A stretch of DNA of 64,000 bases from Ranitomeya imitator (lineage: Eukaryota), in the NCBI RefSeq assembly GCF_032444005.1, contig NC_091289.1, positions 178,126,001 to 178,190,000 on the forward strand, read 5' to 3'. The notes under the pieces are model-generated. The model ran no database searches. It had not been told where the DNA came from and worked only from the letters and a program-made list of their open reading frames with translations. The position numbers and the translations under genes are program-made. Below are positions 1-57,339 of this stretch, one piece after another (the stretch's first letter is position 1; each line of letters starts with the position of its first letter).

Positions 1-2387
1 ATGTTATACCCAATATACGCATGTTGATGATGCTTTGGCCAATGGAAGGTGATGGGGAGGAATGGCTGCTCCAGGAACCGCTACTGTAGAGAGGCCTGGG
101 AATCTAGGCATCACTGCCAGGCCCTCCTGCAGTGCCACATACTCGGACAACCTCTCAATCACTCATCACAGTCAGGCCCAAGTGGGTGTGTAACGTGGCA
201 CGGGGCGGTAGCCATGTGCGAAGAGCTCGTCTATCACACCCCGGCACGTTACATGAAGATGGGTCCTAGCTGGGTGTGTGGGCTTTAGCTTCAGGGAGTC
301 ACGCCCTTGCAGGCCGCATGATGCTGGTGACTTCGGCCGGCCAGGACCAGGTCTTCCAAAGTTCAATGAGTGAGACCACTTAAAAAGGAACTGTTTTACT
401 GAACAATAACTTGGTGGGAATTATATGCATCAGATAGCGGGTACATAACCTCATGCACGTTTCTCTTAATACAGGGTACATCTTCATACACATTTTCGCT
501 ATCCTTCCTTATTTAGTCCTCTGTCTTCACCACCACTCAACACAGTCCTTCCCTCGTCCCCAACAATGGTTCTACAGTCATAATGTGAGAATCCTGTACT
601 TCAGCCCACGGTTCTGCATCCTTTTCCCCTTATGGGAGCTACTTGGCCACTATGGCCCGTTACTGCTAGGTTTCCTGCCCTAGGACCCATCTCCGGAGAA
701 TCACTCACACCTTCTGTCACTGTCTCTTACATCTTGCTATCCGTTCCCTCAGTTTACACTCATTCCAGGGACACCCACGTCATGTGAATCTGCTTACTTA
801 TCAGACCATAGGTCTGCTACTGCTTCAGGCTGGACCCTATCTGACCTCCTGATGGGAAACTATCTCTGTCCCTTCACTTTAGCCCTTTCCCCTCTGGGCT
901 AATCCCAATCATTAACGCCAACTCTCCATACTGTTGGGCAGAATGCAATGCTGTCACTAATAACACATGTCACGAGTCACACCACACATTTAAATACTTT
1001 ACAACAATACACGTATCTCTCAGGACAAAATGAGCATCACCTTTACGTTTTTACAGGTGTCAGAATAGTCAGCACAACAGGAGGGCCAGAAATGATGAGA
1101 GGGGTCGGCCCTGGCTCTTCTAGTTTGGTTTAAAGGTTTTCAAGGCATGTGCACAATATATAAGGGTTATGTCAAGGAAAGGGAAAAAAAGCCACTGTCT
1201 CTCCTGTGATATTTAAAGCATAGTTAAAGGTGATGTCTTTTAAAAATATCCACTCTTCAAAACCCTATGGGAACATAAAGTTATAAGGCAGGAGGCTCCC
1301 CTATTCAGGATTCCCTTCTTTGAGCCAAAATGGAGAGCTACTCTATACAAGTGATTCTCCTTTTGACAGACTCGGGCTGTCTTTGTATTATTATTGCAAA
1401 CATTCATGTGAATGCCTGCCATGAAATACTTAATTTCTCTTGATTTTTTTTCACCGCTGTCATGTCACACACACTACCTCTAATATTTATATATGTTTTG
1501 TAACATTCATTCCTTATTTTCAAAGCTAATCTAGGCGTTGTGACGTTATTTCACTATCCAGATTTACTACAAAATAGCAGCTGCATTCCCTGCCTTGGCT
1601 TTCATACTGGCTATAATAATCCCTCCTGATTGGCTGAGCTATACCGTGCAATGTCATATCTGCAAAGCATTATGGGTAAGCCCAAACAGCCATGTCTGAG
1701 GTCATGTGAGCCTTCTCTCACTGATGTAGTCTTCCGCTTTGTGTAAAATGGTGGTGGGGAATTTTTTAGGTGATTTGTGCAAATTGGTTAAATTTCGTAA
1801 AATTCGGCATATATTCCACTCATATTAAATCAATTTGCTTATTTCTAATAGGTAAAATACTGGTTTATACTGGAACATTGTTGGGCTGATTATCTCTTAT
1901 GTATATTTTTCTAATTTCTGTAGCCTTATCCCAGTAGATGCTATTTTCATGCAGTACCATACGTCATTGCTAATAGGTGCACACTGACATTTTTTCCATA
2001 GTGTCTCCCCCTTGTGATGTGTTCTGCCTCTTCCACTGTGTGACCCACGTTTTTACATCCTGTTTATATCTGCTTTCAATAAAGTTTTTTTGCTCTAAGG
2101 AAAAGTTTAGAAAATCAGGAGGATGATAAACTGATGAGGTTTTTTGATAAAAACAACCCTCATAATAAATAATTAAATAATCTTTATTTTTATATAGCGC
2201 TAACATATTCCGCAGCGCTTTACAGTTTGCACACATTATCATCTCTGTCCCCGTTGGGGCTCACAATCTAAATTCCCTATCAGTATGTCTTTGGAATAAT
2301 ATTATAATATAATAATATTATAATATTATAATAATATCATAATATTATATAAAATGCTACTACTCTAATAGGTAGAAAGTGCTTTAC

Positions 2388-23817
<21,430 letters not shown>

Positions 23818-23903
23818 GACCGAGACGAAACCTGTCCTCTGCTACATTTGGCTGGTGTGTCACAGTGCAGGTGACAGGCGGAAGATCCTGCCCTGATGAG
23901 GCA

Positions 23904-23916
23904 GGTTCATAGGACA
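23904..23916 (+). promoter_or_regulatory. DR1-like nuclear-receptor site upstream of paralog A; counterpart at 52080-52092 upstream of paralog B
   Basis: GGTTCA-T-AGGACA and GGCTCA-T-AGGACA within a conserved block about 90 bp upstream of each ATG. Confidence 0.35.
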
Positions 23917-25589
23917 TTGTAGAAAGGAGGAGGAGGAGGGTGCGTCATATGGAGCGAGAGGAGAACTGGAGACACACACCATGAACAAGGAAGGCACACA
24001 ACGCACGCACATATAGAATTTTATTTTTCACATTTCTATTGAGCGGATTAATAGGAACCAAACACAAGAAGCAGAGTTACTGTGGGGAGGTTTTTTTTAG
24101 CAGATCCGTCCCAAATTTCTCCACAAAAACTGCTTTAAAAACAAAGTTCACGTCACTACATTGTTTATGTTGATTTATTTTTTAGGTGGAAATTCTTTTG
24201 TCGAAGACGTTTTGGAAGAGTGAGGCTAAATTCACACTAGGCGTTTTTGCTGTTTTTTTTTATGCTAATTTTCAGCTGTGTTTTACGGTGTCAGCAAAGT
24301 CCATGAGATTTCAGAAATCCCATGCAAACATATTGTTGTTGTTTTTTTTCAGTATTTTTTTTTTTTGCTTTGCATGTCTTTTTTTTCCACAATGGAGCAT
24401 GTCACTTCTTTCAGCGTTTTTCACCCATTGAAATGAATGTTGATGAAAAAAGGCACAAAAAAAACACAAGGTATCAGGTTTTGCTGCATTTTTTGTGTGC
24501 CGAAACCTGATTCTATAAACTAGGATTTTTTTTTTTTCAATGCTAAACTTTATCAGCATGGACAAGAGACTAAATCTAGCATACCAAAAACGTAGAAAAA
24601 AAAAAAACCGACAGCAAAAATGCAGCAAAAAGCACAAGAAAAAACAAAGAAAGCATGATTTTTTTTTGGAGATTCTTTCCAGCCAAGAGATTAGTTTTTT
24701 TTGCAGAGAAAAATGCCTACCTTGAACTTACGCTTTGATTACATTCCCACAATGATTTTTTTTCGGAGCCAAAAATGAAGCATTTTAAACTTCCAGCAAA
24801 GTGGATGGGATATATAGAAATGTCATGCCCACTGAGCTTTTTTTCTTTTTTTTTTACACAGCGTAAATTGATGTGTTTCAAATCCACAAGATGTAAATGT
24901 CTTTTGCTGGTACCCTGGGTCTTATATGCAGATTTTCCCTACAGAATTGCATTAGATGTGACAAAATGCATGTAATCTGCAAATGACTGTATAGTTAACG
25001 TTTTATCAAGCATCAAAAACGAAGCAGCTTTACTTAAAGCAAGATAAAGTGAAAAGAGGTAAAAACTGTAGCATCAAAAACATGTAAAAAATACACTCAA
25101 AAACACAATGAAAAGTATATCTTCAAACACTTTAATGGGATGCAGAGTGGCACCTCCGCACCGTGAGTCGGTGCGGAGGTCTTTTTGCACACTCTGCGTG
25201 GTCTTTTTGTAGTTTTTTGTGCTGACCGCAAAGTTACCTTTCCTATCCTCTGTCTGTTTAGTAAGTCTGGCCTCCCTTTGCTGAAACCTGTTTCATTTCT
25301 GTGTTTGTGACTTTCATCTTAACTCACAGTCAATATATGTGGGGGGCTGCCTTTTTCTTTGGGGAATTTCTCTGAGGCAAGGTAGGCTTTATTTTCTATC
25401 TCTAGGGCTAGTTAGCTCTTAGGCTGTGAAGAGGGGTCTAGGCAGAGTTAGGTACGCTCCACGGCTATTTCTAGTGTGTGTGATAGGATTAGGGGTTGCG
25501 GTCAGCAGAGCTCCCACTTCCCAGAGCTTGTCCTTTGTTAGTTTAACCATCAGGTCTTTTCGGGTGCTCCTAACCACCAGGTCCATAAC

Positions 25590-25930
25590 AAATCCCCCCA
25601 CCACATTACCACACATAATCCCCCCACCACATTACCACACATAATCCCGCCCCACCACATCACCACACATAATCCCGCCCCCCACCAGATCACCACACAT
25701 AATCCCCCCACCACATTACCACACATAATCCCGCCCCACCACATCACCACACATAATCCCACCCCACCACATATAATCCCGCCCCCCTACCACATTACCA
25801 CACATAATCCCACCCCCCACCACATTACCACACATAATCCCGCCCCCCACCATATTACCACACATAATATCATCATCCCCACCACAACATCACACATAAT
25901 CAAATTACCACACACAATCCCATCGCCACA
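25590..25930. repeat. Minisatellite, about 26-30-bp C/A-rich unit
   Basis: CCCCCACCACATTACCACACATAATC repeats. Confidence 0.85.
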
Positions 25931-26581
25931 CATTAAATTGTACCTGGTAGAAGTCAAGGAAAGATCTTTGAAAATGACGAAAATGACTATACATTCAATT
26001 GTGTTTACAGAGAAATTTTAACATAATTTATGTTTCGTTATGAAATTTGTTTAGATGCTGGAATGAATAAAAAACGCACATCTTACTGAATCCAGTTTGG
26101 TTTTGATTTTACACTGTGAATAAAATGTATTATTAGTATTATTCAGATTTTTAATGACTATTATTGTTATTAACTTCATTTTAAGTTAATTTACCACCTG
26201 CGTCAGCGCTATTGAATGTTGTCATTATTTACTTTAGTTTAATTACAGCAGCGTTAATTAGATAGCAATGAGCGTGCCGAGCGTTAGCTGGCTGGAAACA
26301 GCTAGTAATAAATATATGAGACATAAGGAATTACATTTTAAAGTTCTGTATACAAGTATCTGGAAGTGCATTGGGGAGTGACGATGGACTTACAGCTCCT
26401 CGTCCTCACCCGGTGTTTCCAATTTAGTAACCACCTCTTGTTGACTTATAGCTCAGCGGCCATTTACCAGAGCAAACCACCTGTCAATCAAGTCATATTC
26501 ATGTTCTAATGCAAAATATCTGGAGACACAATGATTCAAAAAACTTTTATTGACCTTCGAGCGGTGTGTGTTCATGTATTG

Positions 26582-26786
26582 TTCATGAGGAGGTGGTGAT
26601 GGCGAACTCAGTCGAGGGGTTCAAGAGAGGCCTGGATGTCTTCCTGGAGCAGAACAATATTGTATCATACAATTATTAGGTTCTGTAGAAGGACGTAGAT
26701 CTGGGTATTTATTATGATGGAATATAGGCTGAACTGGATGGACAAATGTCTTTTTTCGGCCTTACTAACTATGTTACTATGTTACT
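26582..26786 (+). mobile_element. 5'-truncated copy of the same CR1 (3' end only)
   Basis: Matches 17403-17600 with one visible mismatch; likely 8-bp TSD ATGTATTG at 26574-26581 and 26787-26794. Confidence 0.9.
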
Positions 26787-27173
26787 ATGTATTGCCGGAC
26801 AGTGCGGCCTACGTACTGAAGCGACCATGCAGGAGATAGATAACAGTCTGTAGGACAACTAACAAATGTTATGATTCATTCACACTCATGCGACTTGACC
26901 AAGGAAGGAAGCAGACCTAGGTTTTGGATTTCTTTTTCCACAATGTGCTTGGGGCCAATAAATTACACAAATTGTATTTTTAGACTGATGTTCTTTCGGT
27001 ATGGGGTGGCTCCGCAGGATGTGCCAATGCTGTGACAATATGGTTCTAATGAAGTTGTGGCCTGAATTATACGTGGTCAGAAAATGTACGCTAAAAAGGA
27101 ACGGTTTTGCACTCACTCATTTTGCATTTGTAGCTAGACACTATGCCTATGGAAGGATAATGTTTCTCCTGAA

Positions 27174-27555
27174 AGGGGTTGTGTAGCCTTGGGGTTCAAG
27201 GCTGCCATCACTTTATGTGACTGCAGACTTGTGAATGCTCACAGCGTGCGGTGTGTCCGCTGTCAGGATTCTCCTACGCCGGTAGCGGGCGGGGGCTTGA
27301 CTACAAATATGCGATTTGCATACATGTGGTCACAGGCCAACTAGTCATGGTCCAATACAGGGGAATTGAAAGAGGCCAGACACGTCTAGTCGGAAGGCGG
27401 ATGGAAGTATGCCGATCGCATGCTTGTAGTTACGTGACTGCACACTTCCGACACCAGAGAATCCTGACACCTTGCACTGTGCGCACTGTGAGGATTCACA
27501 AGTCTGAAGTCACATAGAGTGATGTAGACTTGAGTCCCAAGCCTGGACAATCCCT
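27174..27555. mobile_element. T2-like MITE
   Basis: AGGGGTTGT...ACAATCCCT termini, internal inverted repeats. Confidence 0.65.
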
Positions 27556-28312
27556 TTAAAGCGTTTTTTAAAAACTGCAGCCAGTTCAGTAAATGTTTTC
27601 TTATTTGCTAATTTTTTTTCTCACACTCTTTTAAAGTGATCAGTGAGAATATTAAGTAAGCAAGATGGGTAGTGGGCACTCCCTTGTTATGAAAAATAAT
27701 TTGTCTGCACATGAAAAATTGGCCATCAAATTATGTTTTCAGTAAAAGGACATTGCAGTGAGGCAAGCGGAAAAGCGTGGTGGTGTGGTCATACAGGAAA
27801 GATCGGAATATATGTCTGAGTCACTCAGATTCTTACACACCAATCGACAAGAAGACTCCAGCCATCGCTTGTTGCCAGGATCTGTTCCTGCAGCTGCCCA
27901 ATCTCCATTGCTGACTCAGCAATGATATTCTAAGAGTCATATTTGAGTTATCCAGATGTTTCAAGTCATTGGGTGTTCTACAAGTGGTTAATACATTTCC
28001 CCCATAAAGTTAAAAGGTAAAATTCTGGCTGTCTGCTGCCACCACTAGGGGGAGCAAAGGAACTATTTGCATACATGGAACTCAATAATAAGTATTCAGT
28101 AAGCTCCTAAACTCCCCCTAGTGGTGGCTGCAGACAGGCAGAATGTTATGATTTACCCTTACATGTACACAGAGGATTTGGAGCTCGGAAGGATATTTAA
28201 TATTCATACTCATTCATCCAGCTCATACTGTGAAATTTTACTATAAATTTATCCTAAATTAGAAATAATTATTAAAAAAATGATATAATGATATGAAGAA
28301 ATGTATAAAACA

Positions 28313-51993
<23,681 letters not shown>

Positions 51994-52929
51994 GGCCGAG
52001 ACACAGCCTGAGCTCTGCTAGATTTAGCTGGATTATGTTGCAGCAACAAATAAGCGGAAGATTCTGCTCTAATGAGGCAGGCTCATAGGACATTGTACAA
52101 AGGAGGAGGAGGAGGAGGAGGAGGGCAGCATTCCACAGGGAGGGAAGGAGCCATAGACAGACACATTGTGAAGCACGGAAAGTTAGACTGAGACTAGCGT
52201 TAACAGGTAGAACGCAGACAATGAGGAGATAGTGGTACTTAAACCAACAACTATTCGATTGACACCAGTGTCAGACTGAAGAACATTGGGCGCACCGGAG
52301 GATTTGATTCTGGGGGCCCTCCTTTCTCCCCCACTGAAGAGCTCCATAGCAAATGCAAGGTTTGCACTATGAACTCTCCTGAAGGAGAAGCCAGGGCCCA
52401 CCGGAGGATTCTCCGGTTCTCTGGTGGGCCAGTCCAATCCTGATTGACACAATGAAAAAGGTGCCTTGGGCACAATATCAGTGGATAGCGTAAGCAGTGA
52501 AAATGAAATAAGTTATGTTACAAGAAAAATACAGTAATTCCGATGAACAAGCTATTGACACAATGCTATTTACACACTATTGTTCTGTTAATAACATTAA
52601 GTAACTGCTATCGTCAGTGACGTCTTAGTCTTAACACCTCAACCTAAAGGGCATCACTGTCACTACTGAGCCCATTATTGTCGTCATTCTCTAGGCAACA
52701 CAGAACGTCACACAGGCCCTATTAGGGGGTCAACAATACTACTCACTAGGCTACAGTCCCAGACTGGTCAGTTACTCGGCACACTGTCACACTGGCTGCC
52801 TTCATTCCCCGGTCCCCACTTATTATCGTACATCTACACTGGAAGCGATGGCTCACATGAACATCTCTCTGCTGCAGCCGATTCGTATCGCTCTCTGCCC
52901 TGCTTCTGTTTCACTTGACTCCGCTCTCC

Positions 52930-53460
52930 CAGCTCTGGTCTCTCTCGAGTCTTTACACAGATCTGGTCTATCGACCCCTTTACTCGGGTCTGGTCTCTTG
53001 GCTCCTTTACCCGGATCTAATCTCTCGACTACTTTATTTGGATATGTCTCTTGGCTTCTGTACTCTGATCTAGTCTCTCGACTACTTTACTCGAATCTGG
53101 TCTTTCGATTTCTTTAAGTGGATCTAGTCTCTCGACTCCTTTACTCAGATCTGGTCTCACAACTCTTTTACCCAGATCTGGTTTCGCATCTCCTTTATCC
53201 GGATCTGGTCTCTCGAGTCCTTCACCTAGATCTGGTCTCTCAGCTCCTTTATTCGAATCTGGTCTCTTGACTCCTTAACACAGATCTGGTCTCTCGACAC
53301 CTGTACTTGGAACTGGTCTCTTGGCTCCTGTACTTGGATCTGGTCTCTCAACTCCTTTACTCGGATCTGGTCTCTTGACTCCTTTACTCGGATCTGGTCT
53401 CTCGACTCCTTTCTCGGATCTAGTCTCTCAATTCCTTTAATCGGATCTGGTCTCTGGTAA
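52930..53460. repeat. Minisatellite, about 27-bp unit
   Basis: GATCTGGTCTCTCGACTCCTTTACTCG repeats. Confidence 0.85.
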
Positions 53461-53905
53461 TGACGGCTATAAGACAGCTCGCTGTAGCGCATATCCGTCC
53501 TGCTACAGGTTCCGGCGCCAACTTTCCCCCTTCACTGCCCTCCTGGGCCTTTTATAAGTACTAACTGCATCACAGCTATCATCTGACCTGGTGTCTCCTC
53601 CAATCTCTTCCCTGAAGGAATATGAACTTCACACTTGAGTTCCTACTAATGCAATTATTTCTGCTTTCACTTTCTCTATTGTCTTTGACCAGTAGATGAC
53701 GGTGTTCGCTTGCAGCCAATCTGTTAGGTATTAACTGTGCATGTCTTCTCACTGATCTATCTACTTACATTAGGACCTTATTCAGAAGTCAGTTTTTCAC
53801 AGACAGAACAGAACACGTACCCTGTATAGTCTATGGGGCTTTCCACATATTCAGATTTTTTTGGTGGAATGTGTATATGACATGTCATACATACATGCTA
53901 GCCAC

Positions 53906-54080
53906 CTTAGGGAGAGACCCAAGTTGGGCTAAATGTAGCGGGACGAAAGAGACCGAAAAGCCCTCTACTTAAAGGAAATACATAGTGGATGCTTTCCTGA
54001 AACGGAAAGTACTTGCAAGCAGCATAATACAAAGAATAGGTTTACCCAGAATCCTTTGCAGTAGGCGGAGCTATGCAAAT
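53906..54080 (-). promoter_or_regulatory. snRNA-type DSE and PSE-like elements within the retrozyme-like unit
   Basis: Octamer 54073-54080; GC-box-like AGGCGGAG 54063-54070; SPH-like TACCCAGAATCCTTTGCA 54043-54060; CTCTCCCTAAG on the minus strand at 53916-53906. Confidence 0.6.
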
Positions 54081-54160
54081 CATCTCTTTCCACCCCTGTG
54101 TAATCCACAGCGCTTGGAACCGCCAAGCGTGCAATGCTGCGGATTAGTTTCTAAATTTAC

Positions 54161-54241
54161 ACAGCCAACCAATTCCTACCTGTGGACACGTGTTTCGGGC
54201 TTTAGGCCCTCATCAGCACAGGGCTGGAATTGGTTGGCTGT
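54161..54241 (-). ncRNA. Type I hammerhead ribozyme, intact core with extended stem I
   Basis: ACAGCCAACCAATTCC-AGC-CCTGTG CTGATGA GGGC-CTAAA-GCCC GAAA C-ACGT-G TC^ CACAGG-TA-GGAATTGGTTGGCTGT. Confidence 0.9.
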
Positions 54242-55660
54242 ATGGAGTGGGGCTCGGTGAGCAAGCGATACATATATGCTAGCCACCTTAGGGATACATT
54301 TAGCCCAACTTGGGTCTCTCCCTAGCGCTGGAACAGAGGGAGCGAAAGAGAAATATTTTCCCTGATTCATGACCCATCAACAAACTTAAAAACCATGTGC
54401 CCAAGCATTGTCATGTTTATAAAGAGCTTAGCGCTATTATTGAAGGGCAGTATTTTGTGGCCATTCTATGATAATATGATTTTTTAACCATATAGGGTTA
54501 TATATGCATGCTATGGTGCTATATAAAGGGGAATTTCTGTAACAAGAAGTTACTCTCCCAAATCAGCAGTTAGATCCCTTTACGACCAATGACGTATATT
54601 TATGTCATCAGTCGTTTCCATGCTGTGTTAGCGCCGGAGCCCCCATCTTTCCTCGCACTTGATGGCTAATTTAATCAGCCATCAAGTGCCTCTAACAGCC
54701 ATGGATGGATCCGAGATGCACCCACTGCTGTTAGCCAGTTAAATGCCACTGTCAATGACTGACAGCGGCATTTAACATGCGTCAACCAGAAATATATCAC
54801 AGAACCCGCCCATTGACGCCCCGTCACGTGATCGTGGGGCGCCGATGGATTGTCATGACAGACGGGGGTCTGCAAAAGACTCTCGCGCCTGTCATCACAA
54901 TTCTCCTGTGAAATAGGAAATCAAGATTTTTGCTACACATAGCCTGCTATGTGTGCACAGGATATCAGACAGTAACAGCTTCAAGTCTCCTAAGGAACCT
55001 ATTAAATAAAGGAAAAAAATAAAAAAGTTTTAAAAAATATTTTTAAAAAACACATACCGTAAGTTCAATTCATCACCCTTTTACCCCATTGAAAATAAAG
55101 CCATAAAAAATAACAAAAACACACTTTGCGGTTCTTCTTTAATCACCATTTGAAGTTTTCTGTTAATTAGATTTCGGTACACAGGGGCTGGACTGTGCAC
55201 TTGGTCTTCTCTTCTCTGCCTGGGAATCCCTGGCTCCTCTGCCTGCCTCTAGCCTTTGAATAAAGGGTCACTGCTTTTTCAGTGACCTTCTTCATGTGTT
55301 TGAAACCTCCTCTTCAAATAAAAGAGTCAAGCAGAGGGGCTGGTGAATCAAAAACCAGCAGGAGAAGACCAAGTGCACAGTCCGGCCCCTGTGCACCGAA
55401 ATCCAATCAGCAGAAAACTTCAAATGGTGATTAAAGAAGAACCATAAAGTGCATTTGTTCACCAGAGGTGTCAATTTAATCAGTATTACAGCGCCATTAC
55501 ATAGTTTGTCTTTACGTTACAAAATCGTACTGAAAGGTTCTTGTTAAAGTATAATGCATTTTCTGAGTAGATATGCTTTTAGGCAGTACAGTGTTTTGCT
55601 CCTTACCTACATAGTGCCCTCACCCAGATTCATAGATCACATAATATAGTTTGCAAAGGC

Positions 55661-56074
55661 TAAGAGCAGAAAAATGCGGCAGCACTCACCCTGTAGTGGT
55701 CCAATGCTTTTATTGAAGACATGAGGATTTGCAGCTTCACGGTCCGAGGGAGTGCAGGTGAACGGGAGGTGAGCAGGGAACGACGACGGCCCTTTCACGC
55801 TGACCTGTTGAAGCGCTTGATCAGCGTGAAATGGCCATCGTCGTTCCCTGCTCACCTCCCGTTCACCTGCACTCCCTCGGACCGTGAAGCTGTAAATCCT
55901 GATATCTTGAAGCATTGGACCACTACAGGGTGAGTGCTGCCGCATTTTTAGTCATATGTACACAGTTGTTTTCCATGCGAGCACCCCCTGCACTGAAGGC
56001 TGATTGCTGTGAATCATCGCCGCTGATCTGCTGAAAGATAAGGCTGTGCAGCTCGACCTTTTTTTCTTTTTGTC
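55661..56074 (+). mobile_element. Penelope-like foldback element with a degenerate hammerhead at its centre (55801-55843)
   Basis: About 280-bp palindrome 55670-55949; 15-bp TSD ATAGTTTGCAAAGGC; CTGTTGAAG-CGCT-TGATC-AGCG-T-GAAA-T-GGCC-A-TC. Confidence 0.7.
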
Positions 56075-57180
56075 ATAGTTTGCAAAGGCGTTGCCACCTA
56101 AAGGCATACAGAAGAGACTGCATAAAAAGCAAGAATTTACAGTACATCCTATCAGGTCAACAGAGGGCATAAAAAGAACAGTCCTCTCCTGCACCCAAAT
56201 CCTCCTAAAATCCACGTAAATGTGATATTTTATAACATGCGGCTAAAAATAATGACATAATGGCTTCAGATTGTAAAATCTGAAACCTGATCATTATTTA
56301 TATGGATTTCACAAAAAATCTTAGACTAGCTGAGATTAACCTGCTGGCGCATGCGCACCAGTGCTCCACTTACCTATGGGGTTGACGGATCTAGCTAAGT
56401 AATGTATGCAGCCATCTCTATACCATAGACATTGAATGGTGCGGCAACGTGCATGCAACACCATGCCACTATTCAGGACTGGTCGTAACAATGGGGCCCC
56501 AACAATCAGACAATAATTTGCTATCCTGTGGATGTGTAATTTGTGGGAAAACACTCCACAAAATGCATTGTAAAGGTTAAAAGGCAGATGTCGTATTAAG
56601 GATTGTCACGTCCCTTTCCCCACAAAAAAAGGGCGCTCCAGTACTATTGTGAACATGTTGATACAATTGGGCATACTTTTCTTTGTTATTGCTATAGGGC
56701 CCACAGGGCTGGTAGCTTTTACGGTTTTATCCTCTGACTTTCTATTCTGCGTGAGACCCATTGGCAGTGGGCATATTAACATTGCCCTTTTTTTCTAGAT
56801 ATTAGAAGCAAAGCTGATCCTGAATAAGACTTTTCAGGGGCACAAACAGGCCCCATCCTGACTTTGCCACGAGGGACCCCTAACTCAACCTACCCTTTAA
56901 ATCTCTTAATGACTTATTTCCAAAACTTTACTAAAGCTCAATATCCAAAAACTTTTTCTTATTGTGCTGACACCAGCAAATTGCAGTTTCACCCAGAAAA
57001 ATTCCTTTTCTATTTCTGTTGCATTATTACGCTATTGACTCAGCTGAGATTGCCCACGAGCGTAATGTCACCCAATCATCTGAGAAACAAAGCAGTAAAG
57101 TTCTTATAAACTTTTCGATCACACAACACTGTATCACCATAAAGGAAAAACACAGTTGGGTTAAAGTTACTCTATACAGG

Positions 57181-57339
57181 ATGGCGACATGGGGAGTGTT
57201 GGCTTTACTGGGATTTCAAGTCTTCTTCCTCACAACTGAAGCTTCTATGGTCAAGTGTAACGCTGGGGCATATGATGATATCGTAATCGCCATACACCCG
57301 GAGGTGCCCGAAGATGTTGTGCTCATAGAAAAAATTCAG
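57181..57339 (+). CDS. CLCA1: CLCA-like coding exon 1
   Basis: [53 protein letters not shown], gtaag donor. Confidence 0.9.

Larger units (their letters stand above)
53895..54323 (-). mobile_element. Retrozyme / Penelope pseudo-LTR-like element carrying the hammerhead
   Basis: 381-bp unit with 19-bp terminal redundancy ATGCTAGCCACCTTAGGGA (53895, 54276) and a 29-bp inverted copy (54295-54323 versus 53909-53937). Confidence 0.7.

Noticed and set aside
188-956. LTR-like stretch at the window start
   Set aside because: Starts with TGTAAC, but I could not find a matching end and TSD, so it is not listed as a feature.
1970-2110. Open frame after a good AG acceptor as an alternative last exon of paralog A
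   Set aside because: No similarity to CYP exon 12 and no heme Cys; no transcript evidence available.
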